Below are positions 8,301 to 17,506 of a DNA stretch of 59,218 nucleotides, piece after piece. The stretch lies in IMG/VR virus record IMGVR_UViG_3300033067_001963, positions 1 to 59,218 of that record. One strand, 5' to 3'. A program made the position numbers and the translations under genes. The stretch comes from a virus. Its lineage: Duplodnaviria; Caudoviricetes. The notes below the pieces were generated by a model. It searched no databases, had not been told where the DNA came from, and saw only the letters and a list, made by a program, of their open reading frames with translations. How positions within the stretch are numbered: position 1 is the stretch's first letter; each line of letters starts with the position of its first letter.

Positions 8301-10349
8301 ATGCTGACAGCGAGGTTCAAGCGCATAGAGGGGCGTCAGCCCGTGGGCCGCGGCTACAGCGGCATCCACTACGGGGGCGGCAAGATCGTCTACTTCGGCG
8401 GCGGTCACCGGAGCTACCCGGGCAACGACGTCGAGGTCTTCGACGTGCTCACGAATACCTGGAGCCAGTTGTACCCGCCCGAGTTTCCGGGCGACTTCCC
8501 CGGGGACACCACCTCCGCCAAGGCGATCGCCGACGAGGCTCACATCGTGTACGGCGGATCAGGCACCGCCCGGCTGAGCCCCACGGGGAAGCCCTTCACG
8601 GTCCACAGCTACCAGCAGATCCGGCACTGGGCGGGCGGCGGGGGACTCTTCCTCGTGGCCCACCGGCCGGCCGGAACCTGGCTCCTGAATCCCTGGGGCG
8701 GCCCGGAGGAGCCCTGGCGTCGGGTGGCCGCGCTCCCGCACGGTGGCGACGTGCAGACGCACCTGCTCTTCGACGTTGTGGACGGCGTGCACTATCTTCT
8801 CGTCGAGGGGCCAGCGCATGGAATCTACATGCTTGACCTCGTCCCGGCCCCAGCATGGAAGCGGGTGGCCGAGCTCCCGGCCAGGGGGTGGACCAACTTC
8901 TATGCCGCCCTCGGCGTGGAGGGGGACCGGGCCGAGCACCTGGTCTGGGGCTTCGGCTACTGGTGGCTGGTGCGTTTGCCGGACCGGTGGACCCGCCTGG
9001 AAGTGGCCACCGAGGGTATCGACAGCTTCCAGCACGTGGGGTCCGGCCTATTCCTCGGCCTGCGCCACGACAAGGGCATCTTCAAGGCGTACGTGCGCAA
9101 GTGGGCGGATCCGTGGCAGGAGATTCCCCTGCGTGGGCAGGTCCCAAGTGGGCGGGAGGGGATCGACGCCGCCGCTCCCCAACTCGCCTGGATCCCGGAG
9201 CAGGCCCGGGGAATCTACCTTGACGCCTGGGTCCACCAAGGTGATTTCAAGGGGGGCAGCGCCCAGACCTACGCCGTGGAGCTCGTGGAGGACGAGGTCG
9301 ACCCCATCCCGCCCGGGGATGAGGCGATCACGGTGGGCGTAGGCGGGGACTTCCAGTCACTGCCAGCCGCCCTCGCCAGCGGCCTCCCTGCGGGGTCCAC
9401 CGTACGCCTCCTCTCGGACGTCACCGGTGGGGCTATTTTGGCCGTTCCCGGTCTGACCCTTACCGGGGTACGGGGGGGCCCGCTTACGTCGATCCTTGCC
9501 GATGGTAGCGGCCCTGGGGAGGGTCTCCTGCGGGTGGACCAGCCATGCGTGATCGAGGGCCTCCGCCTGGTGGCCGGCTACGCGGACGAGTCCTACGCGG
9601 CGGTGGCGCTCCGTGCCCCGGGCGTGGAGCTGCACGACCTCGTCATCTCCGACAGCGCCATGGGGATCGGGCGCAGCGGGGGCGGCACCGTCTCGATCAG
9701 CGACACCGCCATAGAGCGGTGCGGGACGGGCGATGGGCAGAATCACAACATCTACCTCGGGGGTGTCAAGCTGGCCGACACCCACGATCTGGCCGTCCTG
9801 ACCCGCGTACGTTCCGTGGTGTGCCGGGTGGGGCACACGGTGAAGAGCAGGGCCCGTCGTCTGGAGATCCGCCTGAGCACGCTCGGGGACGATCCCGCCC
9901 AGCCCGACTACCACGCCAGCTCCGTGATCGACGCTTCATGGGGCGGGACCCTACTCGTGGAGGACACGGACCTCTTCAAGGAACCCGGGGCCGAGGCCTT
10001 CCAGTTCATCAACTTCGGGGCCGAGATCGCCAGCACCAAGACGGAGCACGCCGTGCACGCTATCACCATCCGGCGCTGTCGATTCCGCGGATTCGGCCTG
10101 CCAGCGAGAAGCCCCAGCCCATACGTCCCGATCGTGATCCGCGTGGCCCGGGAGCGACTCCGCGAGCTGGTCGTGGAGGACTGCATCTTCGAGGGCGAGC
10201 TGCACCCATCCCCCATCTGGACGGGCAGTGGCTCCCTGCTGCGGCTGCACGGGGCCCACGCCTTCGGCACGGGCAACATCGTGCGCCCCCTTCGCCGGCT
10301 GTGGACCCTGCGCCCCACCGGTACCCTGCATGTGGAGGTGTCATCGTGA
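8301..10349 (+). CDS. Kelch-like beta-propeller fused to a right-handed beta-helix (pectin-lyase-like) domain
   Basis: YFGGGH..YPGNDVEVFDVLTNTWSQL; TVGVGGDFQSLPAAL; GDGQNHNIY...GHTVKSRA. Confidence 0.7.
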   Translation: MLTARFKRIEGRQPVGRGYSGIHYGGGKIVYFGGGHRSYPGNDVEVFDVLTNTWSQLYPPEFPGDFPGDTTSAKAIADEAHIVYGGSGTARLSPTGKPFTVHSYQQIRHWAGGGGLFLVAHRPAGTWLLNPWGGPEEPWRRVAALPHGGDVQTHLLFDVVDGVHYLLVEGPAHGIYMLDLVPAPAWKRVAELPARGWTNFYAALGVEGDRAEHLVWGFGYWWLVRLPDRWTRLEVATEGIDSFQHVGSGLFLGLRHDKGIFKAYVRKWADPWQEIPLRGQVPSGREGIDAAAPQLAWIPEQARGIYLDAWVHQGDFKGGSAQTYAVELVEDEVDPIPPGDEAITVGVGGDFQSLPAALASGLPAGSTVRLLSDVTGGAILAVPGLTLTGVRGGPLTSILADGSGPGEGLLRVDQPCVIEGLRLVAGYADESYAAVALRAPGVELHDLVISDSAMGIGRSGGGTVSISDTAIERCGTGDGQNHNIYLGGVKLADTHDLAVLTRVRSVVCRVGHTVKSRARRLEIRLSTLGDDPAQPDYHASSVIDASWGGTLLVEDTDLFKEPGAEAFQFINFGAEIASTKTEHAVHAITIRRCRFRGFGLPARSPSPYVPIVIRVARERLRELVVEDCIFEGELHPSPIWTGSGSLLRLHGAHAFGTGNIVRPLRRLWTLRPTGTLHVEVSS

Positions 10350-10488
10350 GGATGACCGTGATCCCCCCCAAGGTTCCCTCCCGTGGCTATGCCAGCCCCT
10401 ACCGGGAGGAGAAGATCGCCGCTCACACTACCGTGGCGGGCAAGGGCCGCATCGCCGCCCTGCGCCTGCCCAAGAAGAAGAGGGCACG

Positions 10489-10620
10489 ATGAAAGTGAAC
10501 CCAGAAGCCCTGTGGATCGCCATCACTGCCGGCATCGCCGTCTTCGGCCTCCTCGCGGCCCCCGGCCTCGTGTGGCTCATTTGGTTGGAGACGGACCCAG
10601 AACCTGACAAGGAGGTGTAA
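10489..10620 (+). CDS. Small membrane protein
   Basis: Single long hydrophobic stretch; overlapping ATGA start. Confidence 0.5.
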   Translation: MKVNPEALWIAITAGIAVFGLLAAPGLVWLIWLETDPEPDKEV

Positions 10621-10623
10621 GAG

Positions 10624-10989
10624 ATGGCCACCGTCAAGATCGACTACAGCGCGGTACTCCAGCAGATCCAGGTGCCGCCGGACGACCCGCGTCTGGCGCT
10701 GACGCACCTGCGCATCGAGGTGCGCACGGCTTCCACGGACGCCGTGATAGCCGGCCTCAACCTGGTCAAGGCGCAGGTGGGCCCCGTGCGCTCCGTGGAA
10801 GCCCCGCTCCCGCCGGGCGACTACGTGGCCCACCTCTTCGAGATCAACCTGACCAATTCCCAGCGGGGCGAGCTCACGCTGACGAAGCCCTTCACGGTGC
10901 CACCGGATGTGACCACCGTCACGTACCTGACACTGGATCCCGCCGGCACGTTGACGATCACCTTCGTCCCGGCCGCTCCCGCCGCTTGA
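10624..10989 (+). CDS. Hypothetical beta-rich protein
   Basis: AAGGAGGT RBS and good codon bias. Confidence 0.7.
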   Translation: MATVKIDYSAVLQQIQVPPDDPRLALTHLRIEVRTASTDAVIAGLNLVKAQVGPVRSVEAPLPPGDYVAHLFEINLTNSQRGELTLTKPFTVPPDVTTVTYLTLDPAGTLTITFVPAAPAA

Positions 10990-11004
10990 GAGGTACCGAC
11001 AACG

Positions 11005-11187
11005 ATGATGACCGTCGATCGTAAACCCCGCTGCCCCAAGTGCAACCGTGCCCTCGGGCGGGATGCACTGGCCGCGCACGTCCCCACATGCAAGGGGCCC
11101 CGCTCACTACCCAAGACCGAGTACCTCACCCGGGGCAAGCGCATCAAGGCGGCTGTCATGCAAGCCGCCAGTGGGGAGGGGGAGTAG
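11005..11187 (+). CDS. C2HC zinc-finger protein
   Basis: CPKCNR...AHVPTCKG. Confidence 0.65.
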   Translation: MMTVDRKPRCPKCNRALGRDALAAHVPTCKGPRSLPKTEYLTRGKRIKAAVMQAASGEGE

Positions 11188-11753
11188 TGAGCACCACACG
11201 CACGGCCCACGTGAACGAGGGCCCCCCGGATCACTTCACGGGCCCCCTGGCGATGCAGCAGATAGGGGAGCAGGGCGGGCGTGCTGTCTACACCCTCCTG
11301 CGCCCTCTCACTTTCGTCTTCCAGTGGGGTCAGTCGCCATGGGGGGGTCTCTCCCTCCACAAGCTGACGGCCCCCGCCGGCTTCATCACAGACTTGGCCA
11401 GCGTGCCCCGTATCCCGCTCGTCTACTGGCTCGTGGGCGGCCGTGCCAACCACGCCGCCGTCATCCACGACTACTGCTACCGCTTGCGCCCCCTCTACCG
11501 CAGCTTCTCCCACGGGGAGACGGAGAGGGCCTTCTATGACGAGGTCTTCGCCCGCGTCATGGAGGTCAGCCAGCCCGAGCACGGTGTGGCGCCCGTCCCC
11601 GCGCCGTGGCGCAGCCTGATGCACGCCGGTGTGCGCTTGGGCGGTACGATGGCCGCGAGGGCGGAGGAGGGTGTCAAGCTGACCGCTGATTTCGCCGGCC
11701 CCGCTCAAGCCGCCCTCCTTGCCGACCAGCAGGCCACGCAGGAGGCCCCGTGA
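11187..11753 (+). CDS. DUF1353 family protein
   Basis: APAGFITDLASVPR...AAVIHDYCY. Confidence 0.8.
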   Translation: MSTTRTAHVNEGPPDHFTGPLAMQQIGEQGGRAVYTLLRPLTFVFQWGQSPWGGLSLHKLTAPAGFITDLASVPRIPLVYWLVGGRANHAAVIHDYCYRLRPLYRSFSHGETERAFYDEVFARVMEVSQPEHGVAPVPAPWRSLMHAGVRLGGTMAARAEEGVKLTADFAGPAQAALLADQQATQEAP

Positions 11754-11953
11754 GGGAGCGCACACCCAGCACCGTCATCCGGGACGTGGCCGGCTTCCAG
11801 TGCCCCACGTGCAACCGCATGATGGGCTTCCGCACACGCCTGGCACACATGCCCACTTGCACGGGGCCCAAGCGGCCAAAGAGCTGGCGGGAGCGGGAAG
11901 AGGCCAAGCGTGCTCTGCGGGCCAAGCTGCGCCGGATGTTCCCGCAGCCGTGA
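11750..11953 (+). CDS. C2HC zinc-finger protein (paralog of 11005)
   Basis: CPTCNR...AHMPTCTGP. Confidence 0.6.
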   Translation: MRERTPSTVIRDVAGFQCPTCNRMMGFRTRLAHMPTCTGPKRPKSWREREEAKRALRAKLRRMFPQP

Positions 11954-12249
11954 TTAACACAAGCCCCATCTTCCGCTATGGATCCCGCATACCCCGCTGC
12001 TTCGTGTGTCTGACAGCGTGGGACCGGCTCAGCACCAAGCGCATCCGCCGCGGCTCCGCACTGCAGGAGTACGCATGTCGCTGGTGCGGCGTGGAGGTGA
12101 CGGTGGGCAGCACGGTGCTGACGGCCCGCCCACTGCCCAAACGCACGTGGGGGCACGCGTACGACTACTTGGAGAAGGCGATACAGACAGTGTTGAGTGG
12201 TACACGTGATCACTACAGATTGGGGGCATTTCGTGATGGACATGAGTAG
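11950..12249 (+). CDS. Zinc-ribbon protein
   Basis: CFVC...CRWC; overlapping GTGA start. Confidence 0.5.
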   Translation: MINTSPIFRYGSRIPRCFVCLTAWDRLSTKRIRRGSALQEYACRWCGVEVTVGSTVLTARPLPKRTWGHAYDYLEKAIQTVLSGTRDHYRLGAFRDGHE

Positions 12250-12279
12250 GCGTACAGTGTGGATGCCTAGGGGGGCAAT

Positions 12280-13077
12280 GTGAGCGATTCGCTACCAGTA
12301 TCACCAGCCGACATACCCATCATCGACGAGAAGAACTGGGGGCCCACGGATGTTGAGAACTGGCTCTTGTGCCCCGCCCGCTGGTGGTACGGGCGCCGCC
12401 TGGGCCGCGATCTGGGCCACGAGGCTGCCGTGGGCGCCGCCGTGCACATCTACGCGGAGACGGGCTCCCTTGAGCAGGCACAGGCTGAGCTGAGCACCCG
12501 CTTCGATCCCGCGTGGGCGCACACGCTGGAGGGGCTGACGGCGCACATGGAAGCGGGCGCGAAGCTCGTGGACGGTTGGCTGGCGTCCATTGCGGCCAAG
12601 GAGCAGATCGTCAGCCGGGAGCTGCGGCTGGCGAACCGCGTGGTGGACCTGGTGACGCGCTCCGCCGACGGGTTGATCGTGACGGACTACAAGTGCAAGT
12701 TCGAGCTGGATCGCAGCAAGCTGGGCTGGGAGCTACAGCGGGCGGAGACGAGCTGGCAGCTGCGCGACTACGCCTACCACGTGGGCGCGTACCTGGGGGA
12801 GCCCATCGTGCAGGTGCGTATCCTGTACGCGGTGCTCACGCCTCGCCGCTGGGTGTACCTGCACACGCAGGACGTGACGCCAGCGATGACCGAGCACTGG
12901 TACCGATCAGCGGAGCAGGTGTGGCCCCAGATGTCCGCGCAGCACACCTCGGAGACACCGGCGCCCATGAACACGCGCAGCTGCCGCGCCTTCAATCGCA
13001 AGTGCGAACACTGGGTGGTGTGCCACGAGCTGCACGGGGATTGGACGGGATTGAAGAGGGAGGGAGGTGGAGTATGA
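12280..13077 (+). CDS. PD-(D/E)XK nuclease (Cas4/RecB-like phage exonuclease)
   Basis: LLCPARWW, VGAAVH, RELRL, VDLV, TDYK, QLRDYA, C-terminal Cys cluster. Confidence 0.85.
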   Translation: MSDSLPVSPADIPIIDEKNWGPTDVENWLLCPARWWYGRRLGRDLGHEAAVGAAVHIYAETGSLEQAQAELSTRFDPAWAHTLEGLTAHMEAGAKLVDGWLASIAAKEQIVSRELRLANRVVDLVTRSADGLIVTDYKCKFELDRSKLGWELQRAETSWQLRDYAYHVGAYLGEPIVQVRILYAVLTPRRWVYLHTQDVTPAMTEHWYRSAEQVWPQMSAQHTSETPAPMNTRSCRAFNRKCEHWVVCHELHGDWTGLKREGGGV

Positions 13078-13274
13078 ATGCACGAGCAGCCACGCGGCAG
13101 GACCGGGGGCCCGCCGCTCTGATGTGCCAGCTTTGCCCCCGCATCACCAAGCACGTCTTCACACGGGAGGTCCACGACGAGCGTGTGGACCTGCTGGGGG
13201 AGATGCGCCTGTCCCCCATGGGCCACGATCACTACAAGTGCACCCACTGTGACACCGAGCGCCGGTGGGGCTGA
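13074..13274 (+). CDS. Zinc-ribbon protein
   Basis: CQLC...CTHC; GGAGG RBS. Confidence 0.6.
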   Translation: MNARAATRQDRGPAALMCQLCPRITKHVFTREVHDERVDLLGEMRLSPMGHDHYKCTHCDTERRWG

Positions 13275-13294
13275 GCGGGGTGGGGGAGTAAACG

Positions 13295-13576
13295 ATGCGG
13301 ATGACGGGGCACCGAGATAGGGGGAGTGATGGGTTGCTGACACAACGGGTTGTTGCCGATATCTATAACGCTACTGGGAAGGTAATGGGCCCGGATTACT
13401 ACCCCCTGCTCTTCTGGTTGAAGGAGCAGTCGGATGGGACACGACAGTCCCTCCTGGAAGAGGTTGTCAAGGCGGTCATGCAGGCGAAGGGGACGGATGA
13501 ACGGTATGAGCGGCTGACTGCCCTGGCTGGTCTGGCTGCGGCGTGGATGGACATGCTGCTGCCGGGGGAGGAGTAG
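13295..13576 (+). CDS. Hypothetical helical protein (MazG-like pattern, weak)
   Basis: LLEEVVKAV...LTALAGLAAAWM; start uncertain. Confidence 0.45.
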   Translation: MRMTGHRDRGSDGLLTQRVVADIYNATGKVMGPDYYPLLFWLKEQSDGTRQSLLEEVVKAVMQAKGTDERYERLTALAGLAAAWMDMLLPGEE

Positions 13577-13585
13577 GGGGCTGAG

Positions 13586-13744
13586 ATGGGTGTCGTCATC
13601 AACGTGAAGACGCACGCCGTGATGCGGGACGTGATGGCCGCGCTGAGACGCCTGGATACGAGTGAGGAGCAGGGGGAGGTACTGCGCGTGGTGGCGATCG
13701 CCATGAACTTGAAGCTGAGGCTGGAGGGGGAGCAGGATGATTGA
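13586..13744 (+). CDS. Small hypothetical protein
   Basis: MGVVINVKTHAVMRD...; fills the intergenic gap; GC3-rich. Confidence 0.5.
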   Translation: MGVVINVKTHAVMRDVMAALRRLDTSEEQGEVLRVVAIAMNLKLRLEGEQDD

Positions 13745-13979
13745 CCCCGGAGAACTGCCTGAGGCTTGCTGGCTCGTTCTCTACCTGGAGCGGGGAGATA
13801 GGAGCGGTGGCCGGCTCCCGGCAATTGGGGTGCGCCGACAAGGCACTTTGTACCTGTTCGGGATTATGCGCGGCATGGGGGATGTTTTTACCATGGTCAT
13901 ACCACCCGCGTTGGAGTGCGTCGGCGGGATTCGCTTAGCTGACTTGGAGGGAGCGAGTGAGACGGACGATGGGAGGTAA
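13737..13979 (+). CDS. Hypothetical protein
   Basis: GGAG RBS, in operon context. Confidence 0.45.
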   Translation: MIDPGELPEACWLVLYLERGDRSGGRLPAIGVRRQGTLYLFGIMRGMGDVFTMVIPPALECVGGIRLADLEGASETDDGR

Positions 13980-13986
13980 GTGAGAG

Positions 13987-14943
13987 TTGCCGATACTGAG
14001 ACCTGCACCTGGACCGGAGAAGTACATGCGGGCTATCCGACGGGCGCTGCTCGTGGGGCCCCCCAATAGCTGGAAGACCAGCGCGAGCCGCACGTGGGTC
14101 GACCTAGATGAAGCCAAGGGCATGGTGCACCACATCGTGTGCCCCGGGGAGCTCGGCTACTCAGCCGTGCCCAATCACCCGCGCATCCAGCCGTACATCG
14201 TCACCACGGGTGTGGACACGAAGGAGGCGCGGGCACAGACGCTGAAGGAGATGCTGACGCTGATCGCACACATCTGCGCGGGCAAGCTCGGGAACACGCC
14301 CGCGGAGGACACCATCTTCGTGGACGGCATCCACAAGCTGTACCTGCTCGTGTACGAGAGAGCGTGGGATGACACCGGGAGGGATCCCAAGTTAGCCGGT
14401 CAGAGCTACGGTGCGGCGCACATCGAGTTCAAGCACCTGCTGGAGAACTGCCACGCTGTGAAGCGCTTCGCCGCCACGGTGTGGGATCAGGTGCGCAAGG
14501 AAGATCCGGATGACCGTAGCAAGAACGCGGCGAAGGCCACGTGGACGGCTCTACCTGGCCAGGTGTCCAGAAACATCGTGGGCGAGTTCAGCACGGTGTT
14601 CTACTGCCGGCCCGGGCGTCGCACCGGTGAGGGCTTCACGGAGGGGAGCTGGCTGACGCGGCCCAGTGCCGATGTGCAAGTGCCCAGTATGAAATTCCCC
14701 GCCGAGTACGCCGATCAGATGCTAAAGAGCGTGCCCAATGTGATCCGTGCGGACTGGATGGCCTTCGAGCGCCAGTTCGAAGCGGTGCTGCGAGGCAAGG
14801 CGCCGAGTGGGGAGTTGTTGAAGCCTGGGGTTAGCAGGATGGGAGGGGGTGCATTCACACAAGCAGAGTTGAATGGGGCAGCGGTGAAGCAGGAAGCAGA
14901 GATGGTGATGGAGACAGAACAACACACAGGAGATGAGGCATGA
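13987..14943 (+). CDS. AAA_24 (Sak4-like) ATPase, putative ssDNA-annealing protein
   Basis: Walker A variant LLVGPPNSWKT and Walker B IFVDG; lies between the exonuclease and the SSB candidate. Confidence 0.75.
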   Translation: MPILRPAPGPEKYMRAIRRALLVGPPNSWKTSASRTWVDLDEAKGMVHHIVCPGELGYSAVPNHPRIQPYIVTTGVDTKEARAQTLKEMLTLIAHICAGKLGNTPAEDTIFVDGIHKLYLLVYERAWDDTGRDPKLAGQSYGAAHIEFKHLLENCHAVKRFAATVWDQVRKEDPDDRSKNAAKATWTALPGQVSRNIVGEFSTVFYCRPGRRTGEGFTEGSWLTRPSADVQVPSMKFPAEYADQMLKSVPNVIRADWMAFERQFEAVLRGKAPSGELLKPGVSRMGGGAFTQAELNGAAVKQEAEMVMETEQHTGDEA

Positions 14944-15494
14944 GTGAGACGATGAGCTTTGCGGATGAGCCGGTGGTGGGTGCGAAGGCGGCAGCGAACG
15001 GAGCAGGTGCGGCTGATCAACCGGACTGGGTGACGGCGGAGGATATCGACGCTCTCTTCGACAAGGAGATCGATCCCGCTGCCGAGGAGAAGGCGCGGCT
15101 GGGCTCGCAGCCCAAGGCCGGCTGGTACTCGACGCTGCCCGGCACGGTGGAGTACAAGGTAGCGGTGTGGGAGGCGCGGGACGGGATGCCGGAGCGGCCT
15201 ATGGCGACCGTGTGGGGCCGCGTCAACATCCCCGAGGATGCCAGCGAGGCTCGCTTCCGCATGACGATGTCCCCACGTTTCGTGGAGGACCAGAAGAAGC
15301 CGGGGGTTGCTGACTTCTACCACAGGAGCTACCTCGAGGCGGGCACGGCCTTCGCCGAGGCGCACAAGCGGACTCACAAGACGCCGAGGGAGCTGCTGGA
15401 CTGGTTGCGGGACGATACCTTCCAGGTGCGACTCGTGCCCGGTAAGGATGGGGAGCCCCGCGTGTTCGGCGTCCGGGCGTACCGGGGGCGCTGA
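14940..15494 (+). CDS. Putative ssDNA-binding protein
   Basis: Position directly after AAA_24; PKAGWY motif; beta-rich. Function is inferred from context. Confidence 0.45.
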   Translation: MSETMSFADEPVVGAKAAANGAGAADQPDWVTAEDIDALFDKEIDPAAEEKARLGSQPKAGWYSTLPGTVEYKVAVWEARDGMPERPMATVWGRVNIPEDASEARFRMTMSPRFVEDQKKPGVADFYHRSYLEAGTAFAEAHKRTHKTPRELLDWLRDDTFQVRLVPGKDGEPRVFGVRAYRGR

Positions 15495-15856
15495 TGTTGA
15501 CGCCGATTCAGATAGCGAGGGTATGTCACGAGGTGAACCGGGCTTACTGCAGGGCGATTGGTGATGACAGCCAACCACCGTGGGAGCAGGCCTCGGATTG
15601 GCAGCGGTCTTCCTGTGAGATTGGAGTGAAGGAGCACCTGGATGTCGGCTTGACCCCCGAGCAATCTCACGAGATTTGGATGGAGGACAAACGTCGAGCT
15701 GGCTGGGTGTATGGACCGGTCAAGGATCCTGATCGCAAGGAGCATCCCTGCATCGTGCCGTATGCCCAGTTGCCGCAGGAGCAACAGGTCAAGGATCACT
15801 TGTTCGCTGCCGTCGTTCGAGCGTTGGCCGTAGTGGGGGAAGAAGGGAATACATGA
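15494..15856 (+). CDS. RyR-domain phage protein
   Basis: SHEIWMEDKRRAGWVYGPVKDPDRKEHPCIVPYAQLPQEQQVKD. Confidence 0.85.
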   Translation: MLTPIQIARVCHEVNRAYCRAIGDDSQPPWEQASDWQRSSCEIGVKEHLDVGLTPEQSHEIWMEDKRRAGWVYGPVKDPDRKEHPCIVPYAQLPQEQQVKDHLFAAVVRALAVVGEEGNT

Positions 15857-16050
15857 AAGCCAAGACTGACCAGCAGGAGATGGAGATTCGAGCGATACGC
15901 CGCATGGAGCGCATCCTGGACGAGCTGCCCGCACGCCGCCGCTTCACCATCATCGACTTCGTACGAGGTCGGCTAGTGGAGGAGGCGAGGCTGGCGGAGG
16001 CATCCAACGGGGCGCACCCAGTCGTGGACGCCGGCGAGGACGAGGACTAG
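15853..16050 (+). CDS. Small hypothetical protein
   Basis: Overlapping ATGA start; operon context. Confidence 0.6.
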   Translation: MKAKTDQQEMEIRAIRRMERILDELPARRRFTIIDFVRGRLVEEARLAEASNGAHPVVDAGEDED

Positions 16051-16056
16051 CAGGAG

Positions 16057-17502
16057 ATGCCCCCGCTTCCCAAGCCTCCCAGCTGTGAAGGCTGCCCCTT
16101 CCAGCGCCTGAGCGCCCACTACGTCCCGGACGAGGTGCGCCCCGGTGCCCGGGTGGCCCTGATGTTCCAGAATCCCGGGGAGGACGAGGAGGCGGGGCGT
16201 CTCGTGCGGGGGGGTCGCGTGGAAGCCGTCCACCCGGCCCCCCTGCTAGGCCGCACCGGCGAGGTGATGGAGTCTTCATTTCTGCCCCTCGCCGGGCTCA
16301 CCCGAGATGACGTGAGCTTGCACAACGCCATCCGCTGCCGCCTACGGGGGGGCAACGCCCTGCCCCCCGTCAAGGCTATCCAGACGAGGGAGGCGATCGC
16401 CCACTGCACCCGTGCTCACTTCCGCCCCCCGGACAGCGTGCGCGTGTGGGTGGCCTCGGGCGAGTACGCCCTGTACACGCTGACGGGCGAGGGGCTGCAC
16501 AAGGGGAGGGGGCTGGCGGACTGGCGGGGGTGGCCCCTGCCGCTGCGCGTGAACCCCACCAAGGCGGAGGGGCTGTGGACGGACGTGTGGACGCCCAAGG
16601 CCGGGGAGCCCGTCGTCCTGCCCACCTACCACATCGCCCTGATCTTCCGGTCCCCGGCGATGCGCATCCCCGTGCAGGTGGATTGGACCAAGGTGCAGCC
16701 CCTCCTGCGGGGCACCTGGCCGGCGCCACCACCGGAGGTGCACTACTACCCGCCGCCCTCGCTGCCCGCCGCCTTCGCCTACGACACCGAGTACGACGTG
16801 GCGACCCGCGTTGTGCATCGCTACAGCGTCGCCTGGAGGGACGCGAGCGGCGCCCACGTGTACAGCGTGGGGGTCAGCGATTGCGTCGCTCCTAGGCCGA
16901 GCTGGCGGCCTCAGGATCGCCCCAGGATCGTGATGCAGAATGCCCCCGCCGACATCCCCAGCCTGGAGCGCACGCTGGGCCTACCGGAGGACGCCTACAC
17001 GGTGGACGATCCCATGATCTTGCACGCCTGCCTGTGGGCCGACGTGGGCGGCATGGAGGTGGACGACGAGGATGGGTCAGGCCGGCACAACCTGAACTTC
17101 ATGGGCAGCCTGTACGCCCCGCCCATTCCCTTCAACAGGTGGAAGCACCTGGGCGGGACGAACGAGGCGCTGTACGCGGGGCTGGATGCGATCGGCACCT
17201 GGGACCTGATGGAGGCGCTGCGTGCCGAGATGGCGCGGGACGAGGGCGTGCGCTACGACTACGAGGAGTGCCGGCTGCCGCACCTGCCCAAGATTGCCAA
17301 GCGGGAACGGGTGGGCCTGAAGCTGGACAAGGAGCACGTGGCCCACGGGCAGGCCGAGCTGGCCAAGATCATGAAGCGGGAGGAGCTGACGGCGCAGGCC
17401 GCCGTGGGCTGGCCCATCAAGCTGGCGAGTCCGCAGCAGGTGGGCATGCAGTTGTACGGCGTGGACGGGGTACCGGCGAAGCGTAGGAAGGGGGGGTTCT
17501 AA
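16057..17502 (+). CDS. DNA polymerase A, N-terminal part: family-4 UDG-like domain, 3'-5' exonuclease and start of the thumb
   Basis: CEGC..FQNPG..NAIRCR..HC..PTYH (UDG4-like); YDTEY, MQNAPAD, YAGLD (Exo I-III); GLKLD; LASPQQV. Confidence 0.85.
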   Translation: MPPLPKPPSCEGCPFQRLSAHYVPDEVRPGARVALMFQNPGEDEEAGRLVRGGRVEAVHPAPLLGRTGEVMESSFLPLAGLTRDDVSLHNAIRCRLRGGNALPPVKAIQTREAIAHCTRAHFRPPDSVRVWVASGEYALYTLTGEGLHKGRGLADWRGWPLPLRVNPTKAEGLWTDVWTPKAGEPVVLPTYHIALIFRSPAMRIPVQVDWTKVQPLLRGTWPAPPPEVHYYPPPSLPAAFAYDTEYDVATRVVHRYSVAWRDASGAHVYSVGVSDCVAPRPSWRPQDRPRIVMQNAPADIPSLERTLGLPEDAYTVDDPMILHACLWADVGGMEVDDEDGSGRHNLNFMGSLYAPPIPFNRWKHLGGTNEALYAGLDAIGTWDLMEALRAEMARDEGVRYDYEECRLPHLPKIAKRERVGLKLDKEHVAHGQAELAKIMKREELTAQAAVGWPIKLASPQQVGMQLYGVDGVPAKRRKGGF

Positions 17503-17506
17503 GCCC

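Noticed and set aside
2231-10989. Paralogy between 2231-2656 and 10624-10989
   Set aside because: Only a short LR(V/I)xVR resemblance, too weak to claim by eye
12280-13077. CRISPR-associated Cas4 or a CRISPR array
   Set aside because: No repeat-spacer array or other cas genes; the exonuclease-AAA_24-SSB context indicates a recombination module
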